A stretch of DNA of 64,000 bases from an uncultured Nitrososphaeraceae archaeon (GCA_963825865.1 CAWGVG010000015.1:1-64000); one strand, 5' to 3'. Positions 47,196 to 57,828 are shown, counted from the stretch's first letter. Made by a program: numbers and translations. The notes: generated by a model not told the origin, from the letters alone.

Positions 47196-47933
47196 TTGTC
47201 GTCAGAAGCCGATATTTCTCTTAATTTTCCAGAGAAGAGTATATCAAAGACACCGATAAAGACATCAATAGATGGGTTAAAAAAAGATATTAAATCCAAA
47301 GAAAAAGATAGTTCTACAAAGCTACAAGAATTTCTAAAAAAATACGAAAAAGAGTTCAAGGAAGACCTTGTTTATAAAGGAATAGTCTATGATATTACAG
47401 AAACTGAAGTATTGTATATGATGAAAGGTGCTTTGACATTATATGCATTAAACCTGAATGGTCAGGTGTTAATTGAATTAGCAGGCCTTCTTGAAAGATA
47501 TGCTATTGTATACATAGAGGAATTAAAGTCACTACGTTCAGTTCAACTGTTTTCTGATGGACAACATGCAATTGAGGAAATCTTGGAAAAGAAGTTCCTA
47601 GATGAACTTGCTAAACATCTGATTACGTTAGGATTATGGGATAAAGAGGATTTTAAAGAGGTAGAAAAACTACTTAAAAAACGTAACTACGTTGCACACA
47701 AGAATGTAAAGAAAATCAAAGGAATGTTAAGTTCTAGCAAAAGCATTTCAATTCCTGAAATAGATATTGCCATGTCAGGCTTTGACGTTCTGCAGTTTAT
47801 GTTTATCACAATTCGACTCTTGTTCAAATTAGTTGATAGGTTTTTTATTAAGACTGAGAGGTATAGAATAGCAAAAGATCTTTTAGATTCAAAGATAATG
47901 GATGAATTAGAATATTTTAAAACAACGAATTAA
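47196..47933 (+). CDS. putative HEPN-domain protein
   Basis: All-helical; ELAGLLE upstream and R-x4-H motif RNYVAH. Confidence 0.55.
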   Translation: MSSEADISLNFPEKSISKTPIKTSIDGLKKDIKSKEKDSSTKLQEFLKKYEKEFKEDLVYKGIVYDITETEVLYMMKGALTLYALNLNGQVLIELAGLLERYAIVYIEELKSLRSVQLFSDGQHAIEEILEKKFLDELAKHLITLGLWDKEDFKEVEKLLKKRNYVAHKNVKKIKGMLSSSKSISIPEIDIAMSGFDVLQFMFITIRLLFKLVDRFFIKTERYRIAKDLLDSKIMDELEYFKTTN

Positions 47934-47985
47934 AGTAAACAAAGAAATAATTATTTCCCATTATTATATACACACATACACACAA

Positions 47986-49114
47986 TTATTGGGGATTAGA
48001 CCTTTTACTTGAAAATTTCTTTGTTGCTACCTTCATATGTATATAGTAGGACATCAATATAATGAATATAGTGGTAACAGGTATTACAGCTATAATATAT
48101 GTATATAGTGGGAATTGTATATTGTAAAGTATCAATATAAATGTGTTAGAAAGGGTAGTGTAAACAAGTATTACAGCTATACTATATTTCAATAATGCTC
48201 TGAACCTTTTTTTAAGATATTCCTCCCAATTTGTATTCTTCAGAATTTGTTCTGATAGATATACATACTCTTCATTATAGATTTTTAAGGCATTCTCATT
48301 AAGAGAATGGTATGAGATAATTCTCCCGTCTCCTATTTTCTACGAATAATTCTTCAAATCGTCTATACTCATCAAAGCATAATATCTTTCTCATTCTAAG
48401 TTTCTTAGATTTACTCCAGTCTTGCAATTTGCCCTTATATAGAGAATTTTGATTAAGCATTTTTATAACTTTCATAATCTTCTTTTTTTCTTGTTCCAAT
48501 ATTGAATAATTTCTCACGGTAATAATTGGATTCATTATTAACGTCTTGCCAAAAATGAGCACAAATTCAATTATAACGGAAAGACCTAAAAGAAATATAG
48601 GATTTGATAACGGATTAGGTGGTGAAGATGTAAATGTTTTACGTTCCTCACCAATTTTGGCTGTTGCTTGATTACTTCCATCATCATGATTTGCAAGTAT
48701 AATAAAAGACCCAGTCTGGTCAAATTTTGTAAATTTTATATCAAATGCAATAGAATTATCTCCAATTATTGATCTATTAAAGGTAGCAATTCTCCCTTGA
48801 GTATATGGTGGTAACTTGGTTAAGTCAGTGATAGTTATCTGTTCAGCAGTAACTCCTTCTGGATTAACATTATCTATTTTACCAGGGGGGTCCGTATACA
48901 TTGCTAACCTAACATTTTTTGCCGTTTTTAATCCTGTATTGGTAATTGTTGCATTACCAGATGAATTATCTGAAGATATTTTAATTGTAATATTTATCAA
49001 AGGTTTACCGATAAAGTCATTATACAAGATATTGGCTAAAAATACAACTAGTCCACTACCTATGATAATTGATATAATATTTAAAAGTGAAACTTTAGCA
49101 GTATTCTCTGCCAT
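47986..49114 (-). CDS. membrane protein with Ig-like extracellular part (probably one frameshifted gene)
   Basis: N-terminal TM, ITNTG..AKNV, second TM, C-terminal TM pair in 47986-48192. Confidence 0.6.
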
Positions 49115-49198
49115 CCTTATACTGTTGTTATATTGAACAATTATTTATAGACGACACCAATCCAACTATTGAGGATCAGTCTTTTGCTTCAAGACGAC

Positions 49199-49376
49199 GA
49201 AGGAATGAATGAAGAGGGAGAAATAATAACAAGAAGTTGACTTGCTAATAACATCTTCATTTTACTATCAGGATAATAGTAATAATATGATATGATATTA
49301 TAGTAATGGTAAGCAGAACCAGCTCACTACTATTATATTATTATTATCAATATTGCTATTATCCTGCTGTCTCTTC
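49199..49376 (+). repeat. structured long-hairpin repeat, copy 2
   Basis: GAAGGAATGAATGAAGAGGGA / AACAAGAAGTTGACTTGCT / CAGGATAATAGTAATA ... TATTGCTATTATCCTG..TCTCTTC. Confidence 0.8.
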
Positions 49377-52300
49377 GAAAAGAGACAGGACACAAGTAAG
49401 AAAGCAATTTTTACATGGAGTAAATACGAGAAAGAAATTCCCAGCATAGATGAAATAAACAACTGGTTTAACTCTCAAATGGTAACGATGATCTGTAAAA
49501 ATAACATTGCCATAGTAACGGGCATCATATCCAGACTTTTAGTAATTGACATAGATGGTGAAGAATGCATAAAGCTATTTTATGAGATGGTTCAAAACAG
49601 GTTATCGGATAACTTACAACGTGAGATTGTCAATACACTAGCTGTTAGAACTGGTAGTGGGGAGGGTTTACAGATATATCTCAGATTCAACATTGAGGAA
49701 AAAGAAAACCCTCCAAACTTTTTCTTTACCCCCACCACTTGAACATAAAGAAATTAGAATAAAATGTAATGGTAGTTATGTAATAGGCTTGAACTCAAAA
49801 ACTAAAAATGAATATAAACTCAATTCTGAGGAGAAGAAACTAATTGTATTATTTTCCAAAAAAGAGATTAATGAATTACTTAGGGCTTTAGAACATATTA
49901 AGACTACTACTACTAGTAATGATGGTAATACTGGTAATAGGTACTACTAATAATAGTAAAAATGAACAAACCATCAAATTAGATGTAATCGAAATAGACA
50001 GGAACACAATCGTTAAAGGATTGTTATTCTAAAGGAAGGAGAGATGACATTGTATTTGCATTATCTGGATATTTACATAGAAGATACATAGATTAGCAAT
50101 CTACCATTGAAATTGTAAATTCTCTAATAACTCTATCAGAAGAGGGAAATGATGAAGAGTATAATTCTAGATTAAATGTAGTTCGTAGGACATACAAAAA
50201 GGATAGAAATAGTGATGAAAGTTACTGGACATAAATACTTACTATCAACGTTATCATCTATTTTAGATAAGGATGAAGTTAGAGCAAAACAAATTCTGCA
50301 TTCTGAGATAAATTCAGTAATAAATAAGGCATTAAAAGATGCTGGTTTTTCTTTTAGAATTGTTGATAATAATAATAACAACAATGATGACGATCCACAA
50401 GAAGAGGAAGAAAAAAAGTCAGCAGAAGAAAACAAACTCACTAAAGAACAGATTGATTTTGTCATAAATACAATGAAAAAGGAAGAGCATATGATGAACT
50501 ATCAATAAAACAGTTATTTTATGGAATGGATACTGCTTTTACTAAACGTCCTGCTTCTCATAATGTCAATTCAAAGATTCTGGGTTCAGGTAAAAATTAT
50601 TTGATGGAGTTAGTTTCTAACTATTTTCCCGAAAAGTATGTTATAAACATAAACCACATGTCAGACAAGGCAATTTTTCACAGAGAAGGAATTATGGTTA
50701 GAGAAAATCATGAAACTGGCAAACTTGAACCAATAAGACCTATAATAAAAAACCTTGAATCTAAGATTGAAGACTTACAAGAGCAAATTGAAACTGAAAG
50801 GCAAAAAAATAACAACCCTCCTACAGAAGAAAGTAGAAAACTGATTAAGGATAACAAAAAAAGAATTCAGGAAATCAATGAAGAGATTAAGGATATAGAA
50901 CAACATGCATTAAAGCAAATTGACCTTAACAATCAGATAATTCTCTGCCTCGATACACCACAAGAATCAATATATAATTCATTAATGAGCTTAGTCAGTC
51001 AGGATACTAAAAGAGGACAGAAGTATGAATTTGTAGAAAAATCAGGAATCTGGTAAACTAGGTACAGAAAATAATGTATTAATTGGTACTCCATTTATAT
51101 GCACCAGTCAGGTAATAGATGATACAAAAGGGGAACGTTTCCAAGAAAAGAATAGAAGGTTTACCAATGTAAACCCTGATACAAGTGATAAAAAAATTGG
51201 TACTGCAAATGATATAATTGTATTGCAAGGTGGCTACCTACCAGAAGAGTATGACGAACTGGTAGTAAGTAGATCAGATAAGGAAAAAGCCAGAAATATA
51301 GTCAAAATCATCGTAGCCAAGTTAAAGTAGCATACAAAGCACTTAGGCCCAAAAGAACACGGCATAAAGATTCCATTTGCTCTATCAATATCAGCATGTA
51401 TACCAACGACTCATGTTTGGAGTATGACGGTCACAGATAGAATAATGAAAATATCTTGCTATAATCACAAAAGTAAATATGGATTCAAGGCCAAAACTGC
51501 TAGACGTAAACACAGGTAAATTTTATCCTATATCTACGTACGTGGACTTTAAGGAAACTTTGAATTTAATGCAAGTTGCTGCTAGTGGTGTTAGGCCTTA
51601 CCTTGTAGACTGGTTCAATAATAGATTTCTTTCTGTATACAATGATTTAGGAGGAAAGCCAGATAAGATATACAATGATGATATAGGTAAATACGTAACT
51701 GTATCAAAGGAAAAACGTGCTGGACTTACAACCAAACAGATAGCAGATAGAATTGGAGAAAAGTTTGGAGGGTTAAAACTAAGCACTAAGGAATGTTATG
51801 AAAAAGAACCTAATACCTCTAATTAATCTGGGAATAATAGACCATATCGAAAGTGAGATAAGGAGAAATCAGCATATCTATTTTCCGGTCCAAGAAGATA
51901 CCCATCTATTCCATATTTTTGATTAAAAAGCTGGCCTAAAACTAAAAATACCAAGTCTTGAAAGATTTCCTAGTAAGAATTTTCTGAAATCACAATTTGG
52001 AATCTTGTCAAAGTCATCGTTTTTGGGGGGTGATATTTTTGAAAAAAATATTTCTTCATATAAGTTGGTAGATGTTGATGGGTCAGAGATTACAATAGAC
52101 CAATTGATAGAAAAATACTTTACAAATCCCGAAGAATGCTTTGTTAAAACATACAAAGAAGATTGAAGATAACACTAGCAATAAACAAGATAATAATGGT
52201 AATGGTAATGGTAGCACCTTAGAGACTTTGTTAAAATTAAAAGCAAGGCTACCAGCAATATACTATATCAAAGTCAGATTTTGATGAAACAAAAAAATAA

Positions 52301-52549
52301 TTTTTTTTCTCACCCTTCTGTAACGATGACTTTTACGAGATTCTCTAACAATAATATAGAAGAATGTAAACAGAGGAAAAGCAAGAACAACAAGATCCTG
52401 TAAATACTGCTAGTAAAAAGTTCAAGTGCTTTTATTGTGATGAATATTTCTATAGTAATGATGTATTGAAGAAATCACAGAGAGCAGTGTACCATCCTGA
52501 TAAACGTCTAGACTATCCTACTCCAGAGGACTTTGATAATCGAATGGAG
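49377..52549 (+). pseudogene. bifunctional prim-pol fused to P-loop ATPase/helicase, C2H2 tail; heavily frameshifted, 5'-truncated
   Basis: NIAIVTG..LLVIDIDG, VRTGSG.GLQIY, GSYVIG, GRRDDIVFALSGYL, GSGKNY (Walker A), KFKCFYCD tail. Confidence 0.75.
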
Positions 52550-52717
52550 TTATAGGGGAGCAGCTTTTCGTGAAGCTACTTACTAGAACCAAAATAGGAC
52601 AACACAAAAACCATATACCATTTTATGCTGTCCTAGTCATGATTTAGAATGACAAAAGAGATTGTTATTTCAAACAATAAAAGCATTTTTGATTCTAGTG
52701 AGGTGTGTAAACTAAAA

Positions 52718-53254
52718 ATGACACCAACAGAAGTTATGAATGCTCAAACATTTGGATTTTCTGTCATAACTATAGCAATAGCAGTAGCATCTGCTATTGT
52801 AGGTATCTTGTCATTCCACTATAATAGTAAGATGAATAAACTAAACTCATTAGTAAAAGCCTTCGAGATTATTAAACGATAATGCTCATAGAAATGCTAG
52901 AATTAGGCTATATAGAGTAGCAAGAGCTTCCACACCATCACAGACAGGAAGCACACTTAAGATTGTTGGGTGTAGAAGACAAAGATCTAAGAACTATAGT
53001 CGGAGAATCTGAAAATATGGTATTGGCAGATTTTGATCAGATGGGAACTTTAGTTAAAAACAAACTTCTTCCTGTAAACGAATTTCTGAACGTTTATTGG
53101 AATACTATTATATCAACCTATGAAATAATATACACGAACGATAAAAGAGATTCTCTATAAGGATTTTGAATTTCTTATATGCTAAGGCTAAGAGCTCAGA
53201 GACGAAAAAGATCCAAATAAACAAATTCCATTGGAAAAAGAAATTTATCGTGTA
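52718..53254 (+). CDS. DUF4760-like membrane-anchored protein (frameshifted)
   Basis: N-terminal TM, then LADFDQMGTLVKNKLLP..FL..YW..II, Y..FEFL. Confidence 0.5.
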
Positions 53255-53270
53255 AAGCTTTTCGGTACAG

Positions 53271-53624
53271 GTGCAATGTAACCAACAAATATCTATTGGA
53301 AAAACCCAAACTATTAGTGTAACAGTCAGTGACTCTTTTGAGGCAGTATATGGTTTTCCGTATGGCAGTGTTGGAAATGTGTATAATGCTGAAGTGTGTG
53401 TCAAAGTATCTGATAAGGAATCAGAAAGTTTGGTTATTTCATTAGATACACAAAAAACTGATGTACATGGTAATACTGAATTTCAAGTATCAATAACAGA
53501 TAGCTACTTCAAAGTTGGAAAGACGTATAATGTTAAAGCCTTTATATCAGCAAAAGGTTATCGAAATTCTGAATCAGGATATAAAGTATTTTTTACTGTT
53601 AACAACTCTCAGGACTATATCTAA
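53271..53624 (+). CDS. Ig-like beta-sandwich hypothetical protein
   Basis: Beta-rich; TDVHGNTEF, YNVKAFISAKGY. Confidence 0.5.
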   Translation: MQCNQQISIGKTQTISVTVSDSFEAVYGFPYGSVGNVYNAEVCVKVSDKESESLVISLDTQKTDVHGNTEFQVSITDSYFKVGKTYNVKAFISAKGYRNSESGYKVFFTVNNSQDYI

Positions 53625-53734
53625 TATATCTATATTTATATATACAGATAATACCACTATCATATGAAAAATAATATGACGACTGTCATTAGTAGTATAC
53701 GTACTAGTATTGATAAGGATGATAAGATTGCATC

Positions 53735-54205
53735 GTGTTTGCTAAAATTTGCAGAGACAGATACGGTCTTAATGAGGCAAGAGGAAGAGGACTACAGCTA
53801 TATCCAAAGAGAAACGTCCACATAATGAACAAGATTAGAAGCATGGTAGTTGGAATGGGTGGGAGTGGTCCTATAGATTCTATCCCCGGTGGTATAAAGC
53901 AATTTACAGAAGCTAATAGTGACGAATTCACCTGTAATTATATTCTTGAAGATCTGGAGAAGGAAGGAAGTGTAGTAAAAGTATATCCTGTTATTAAGAC
54001 TGGTCCCGGTGATCCAAGAGATAATAGCTATTTTGGTCATCCTGTAAAGGAATATTCAAAGACTGGTTACAAGTGGTATACTCTACAACGAGCTGAAGCC
54101 GATGGTGTTCTTGAGTTACGTTGTCGGTATTGTTCTAAAGTATTCAAGACTGATAAGGAAAGGACTAAGCATTTCAACAATAGCCATACCCCACGTAGGG
54201 TATAG
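53735..54205 (+). CDS. C2H2 zinc-finger protein, module copy 2
   Basis: ARGRGLQLYPKRN..SIPGGIKQ.TEANSDEF..CRYCSK..HFNNSHTPRRV. Confidence 0.8.
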   Translation: MFAKICRDRYGLNEARGRGLQLYPKRNVHIMNKIRSMVVGMGGSGPIDSIPGGIKQFTEANSDEFTCNYILEDLEKEGSVVKVYPVIKTGPGDPRDNSYFGHPVKEYSKTGYKWYTLQRAEADGVLELRCRYCSKVFKTDKERTKHFNNSHTPRRV

Positions 54206-54307
54206 TAGTATTATTAGTAGTAGTAGTACTGCTGCTGATATCATAGCATAAAAGATAAAACAAACTATCTTCATTATATAATTTGAGATAATAATCAAAA
54301 ATGATCG

Positions 54308-54733
54308 TTGGCAGATATCTTGAAAAATATAAGTGTGCAAGATCTAGGGGAAGGAAGGAAGATGGTGAAGCACACGAACGGCAGTTATATAATATGCAAT
54401 GGGAACCAGATCGAGCAAAGAGGTTTTGTAAATCCTGATCCTCCTGCTGCTACTCAGTACCAACAACAGCAACATCAATTGCAAAAAGCTACAATTCAAC
54501 GTAATAATAGCAATGCCCTAGAGATGTATGGATTAGTAAATAAGATAACTGGTAGATCGGACATTTACGATAATATTGAAACTATGACTACTGCTGCTTA
54601 CCCTCATCAAGGTCAATATCTAAAAGCATCAGAACAGCAACAAAGAAGTAATAATAATAATAGAAATGCAATCGAGATGTATGAAATGATTCAAAGCTTG
54701 TTCGGAGGAGGTAATAACATCAATGGCTGGTAG
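54308..54733 (+). CDS. Q/N-rich hypothetical protein, module copy 2
   Basis: Intact 141-aa paralogue of 45701-46173. Confidence 0.8.
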   Translation: MADILKNISVQDLGEGRKMVKHTNGSYIICNGNQIEQRGFVNPDPPAATQYQQQQHQLQKATIQRNNSNALEMYGLVNKITGRSDIYDNIETMTTAAYPHQGQYLKASEQQQRSNNNNRNAIEMYEMIQSLFGGGNNINGW

Positions 54734-54866
54734 TAATAAGAAGAAGTATAATATCAAACCCAAAACAGCACCGGGCTTGAATGCAAGTCACTCCCCTTTA
54801 AGTGCCGATTCTATAGGTGGTAATCCTACAACTATAAATCCACGAAAAGCCAAGAAACCAAAGTAA
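54723..54866 (+). CDS. 47-aa basic micro-protein, module copy 2 (not in ORF track)
   Basis: MAGSNKKKYNIKPKTAPGLNASHSPLSADSIGGNPTTINPRKAKKPK; GGAGGT RBS upstream. Confidence 0.75.
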   Translation: MAGSNKKKYNIKPKTAPGLNASHSPLSADSIGGNPTTINPRKAKKPK

Positions 54867-55356
54867 AAAGTTAGTTAGTTAGCTCGTGTATTATATAATT
54901 ATATAATAATAATAATAATTATAATATGATATCAACAAGAACGAAAAAACAGGATAAAGATAAACAAAATAATAAAGAAGCTATTGTTATAGCAGCAATG
55001 CGAGCAAAAGAAATTATGGGAAAAATACTTTTCTACCGACAATCCTATGATTAAATTTGAATGCTTGAGTAAGCTCCACGATCTCACATTAGACTTAGTA
55101 AACCTACAATATAGTGCTTACATGCAGAATTATAATTTTGATCATATCAAGAAATCTTCATCACCATTGAAGAGAGGTTATAAGCTTTCTAATTCACCTA
55201 ATACTAGGATGATACTAAGCAGGTTTATCAATAATAATGATGAGGATCTTCGATAACTATTAACACTATTCGTGTTAATAATAGCACGATTTATCAACAC
55301 TTTTAGCTACTAATATCATAATAGTAATAATAATAACGACAGAAGGAAGAAAGAAA

Positions 55357-55905
55357 ATGTCAAAGCTAACAAAAGAGCAACGTGAGGAACTAAAACATCT
55401 GGTACTAAATGGTATTGTCCATCATTTTACAATGTCTGAAATCCAGCAGTATATACTACAGAGCAAGCTAAAGACACAAATCAGTATTGACTATATCAAG
55501 CATCTGAAACTAGAATTAAAAAAGGATTCAAAGAAAGAATTAGATTATCTAGCTAAAGACAGATTTGCTTATACCCATTCTATATTCTTTGAACGACTTG
55601 AAGAGCTAAAATCATATCAAAGGACTCTGCATAATATAGTTTTGAACAATCAAGATAAACCAGAAGCACAGGTTAAGGCAATATCTGAGTTGAAGGATAT
55701 CACATTAGAGATTGTAAACTTGTATCAAATGTTACCTGTTATAGTAAGCAATCCTGGAGTACATGTAACTACTGTAGTAGATGATAATAATATTAATATT
55801 AATAATAATAATAATTACTCTACAAGAACAACAACAGCAACAATAAAACAACATCCAGACGGCTGCAACTGTACTGAGTGCTATGATCCAGAAGCAAAAT
55901 TCTAA
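55357..55905 (+). CDS. HTH/helical protein with C-terminal HxxxCxCxxC
   Basis: N-terminal HTH-like region, helical bundle QVKAISELKDIT, tail HPDGCNCTEC. Confidence 0.65.
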   Translation: MSKLTKEQREELKHLVLNGIVHHFTMSEIQQYILQSKLKTQISIDYIKHLKLELKKDSKKELDYLAKDRFAYTHSIFFERLEELKSYQRTLHNIVLNNQDKPEAQVKAISELKDITLEIVNLYQMLPVIVSNPGVHVTTVVDDNNININNNNNYSTRTTTATIKQHPDGCNCTECYDPEAKF

Positions 55906-55923
55906 CAGCAAGAATAAAAGGAG

Positions 55924-55952
55924 ATACAGTATAAAAGGGGATTATACTGTAT
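55924..55952. terminator. perfect 11-bp inverted repeat at CRISPR trailer (terminator or recombination site)
   Basis: ATACAGTATAA-aagggga-TTATACTGTAT followed by a T-run. Confidence 0.55.
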
Positions 55953-55956
55953 TTTT

Positions 55957-56316
55957 ATGTCAATCCTACCATAGTTCGATTCAAACAAGGCTCAAACGTG
56001 CCTGGTACTGCTGACTTATATCCCTTTCAATCCTACCATAGTTCGATTCAAACGTTCCTATCTGTACTAGTCCCTGGTGTTCCTGCTTCCTTTCAATCCT
56101 ACCATAGTTCGATTCAAACTCTTTTTTGTAAATAATCTGGGAAACCTGTTATTTCCTTTCAATCCTACCATAGTTCGATTCAAACATAACAGCAGATATT
56201 CTAAACGTTCATTATGCTTTCTTTCAATCCTACCATAGTTCGATTCAAACTTTCTGCTGTTGTAATGCCTGCTCCTGTTCTATGATCTTTCAATCCTACC
56301 ATAGTTCGATTCAAAC
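55957..56316 (-). CRISPR. CRISPR array: 6 x 30-bp repeats, 5 spacers of 35-37 bp; no cas genes in window
   Basis: CTTTCAATCCTACCATAGTTCGATTCAAAC at 56024, 56090, 56156, 56221, 56287; degenerate ATGT- copy at 55957. Minus strand reads GTTTGAATCGAACTATGGTAGGATTGAAAG with a class-1-like ATTGAAAG 3' handle. Confidence 0.97.
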
Positions 56317-56450
56317 TCCCTACTAATACATCCTAAATACACCCTTTATCTATAAACTTTCAGGGTCAACCTCCGATAATGCATTCTCTTTATAAATGCT
56401 AACCATTTTCAGAGGCATAATAAAAATTATATAATGAAGGAGGATTTAAA
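56317..56450 (-). promoter_or_regulatory. putative CRISPR leader
   Basis: AT-rich non-coding stretch on the side opposite the degenerate repeat; contains GTCAACCTCC and TTTATAAA boxes. Confidence 0.65.
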
Positions 56451-56485
56451 AAGTCTACACCTCTTAATGCTGGATTGAGGTTAAG

Positions 56486-56779
56486 ATGTCATCTCCAACC
56501 CCTAATCTAATCGAATGGCCAGCCCTTTACCTTATTGCCCAAGTTATAGGGTTTATAGTAGCAATAATAGTGATATTAAAAGTTACACATGATATTACCA
56601 AGAAGCTTACCAGTATAGAAAAAGATGTTGAATATCTCAAAAATACCGTAGAAAAACATACAGAAAAACTAGAAGAATTCACGTATACATATAAGGCAGA
56701 CATATTAGTCAGGCAAGCTCTAGATAAAGCTGAAGAAAAGAAAAAGAAAGAAAGAGAAGGAGAAAAGAAGAAAGAATGA
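56486..56779 (+). CDS. TM + coiled-coil small protein
   Basis: One TM helix then heptads; overlaps the next ORF (ATGA). Confidence 0.65.
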   Translation: MSSPTPNLIEWPALYLIAQVIGFIVAIIVILKVTHDITKKLTSIEKDVEYLKNTVEKHTEKLEEFTYTYKADILVRQALDKAEEKKKKEREGEKKKE

Positions 56780-57039
56780 GCAGTATTCCAATAGACTACA
56801 GTAATGAGAAGATGGATTATTTAATGAAGAAGATGTATCTTCATATGCTGACAAAAGAGGAAGCAAGGGAACTTATGCTATTGGTAGAAAAGGAAAAACA
56901 AAAAGCAGTAAAGTATGATGACAAGGAATACCAAGAAATTTTGTCTGGTTTACTGGACTCATTGAAGATGTATATGGCAGGAAAAATTAATCTTTATGAG
57001 AGCAGTATTGTTGATAGGTTGAAAGTTTCAAACGTCTAG
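56776..57039 (+). CDS. small helical hypothetical protein
   Basis: Translationally coupled to 56486-56779. Confidence 0.6.
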   Translation: MSSIPIDYSNEKMDYLMKKMYLHMLTKEEARELMLLVEKEKQKAVKYDDKEYQEILSGLLDSLKMYMAGKINLYESSIVDRLKVSNV

Positions 57040-57152
57040 TAATCGGTTATCATTAATGTATATCATGTTTATCATCAAGCAATCCATTATCACCGAGAAA
57101 CAAAGAAAAAGAAATAATTAATTATTACTTGTCTCTATTATTGTGATTCGAA

Positions 57153-57458
57153 ATGACAAATAATAATAATAATAATAATAATATAATAATCGTCGATGTT
57201 ACAGTTGCAGACAACCAGATTCGAGCATTGAAACCAAAAGATGAATATCAAACTATGTTAATGCCAAATACTGATACTGAAAAATTATTATGGTGGAATT
57301 CTGTAGATCCAGGTAGGCTTAACAATCGTCTCTATGGCACCTTGAAAGGCCAAGCATTGAAGAAAGCACAGAAATTAGTTGATTCTCAAGGATCAATTTC
57401 TACGAGTGGAGAATATGGCAGTATAGAAATTTCAGAAGAAGATTTTATTCCACTTTAA
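57153..57458 (+). CDS. hypothetical protein
   Basis: ATG-start 101-aa ORF. Confidence 0.5.
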   Translation: MTNNNNNNNNIIIVDVTVADNQIRALKPKDEYQTMLMPNTDTEKLLWWNSVDPGRLNNRLYGTLKGQALKKAQKLVDSQGSISTSGEYGSIEISEEDFIPL

Positions 57459-57639
57459 AGTAAAAAATAAAGAATAAGAAAAATATAATATAATATAATA
57501 TAATGTCTAAATAAAATATCAATCAAAGTATAATTATAACTTGCCTCTCAAAGTATAATTATAATTTACACCATATAGGATAAACGTAAATCAATCAGTC
57601 TTTTGCTTCAAAATATAGAGGGGGTTATACTGTATTTTT

Positions 57640-57780
57640 ATGTCAATCCTACCATAGTTCGATTCAAACTAATTAGTGCACTTACCTCTACATTCAAGAC
57701 ATCTGACTTTCAATCCTACAATAGTTCCATTCAAACGTTTGAGTCAGCCCTAATGCTATTTCTATATGTAATTCCTTTCA
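57640..57780 (-). CRISPR. second, truncated mini CRISPR array (2 repeats + 6-nt stub, 2 spacers)
   Basis: Repeat 57640-57669 (same ATGT- degenerate form), 37-bp spacer, repeat 57707-57736 (2 mismatches), 38-bp spacer, CTTTCA stub at 57775-57780. Confidence 0.88.
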
Positions 57781-57828
57781 CTTGATAAACAAAGAAATAA
57801 TTCCTTATTACTATTATAGCCTAGAGGA

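Noticed and set aside
57603-57785. 60-aa ORF in the track
   Set aside because: It is a translation of the second CRISPR array.
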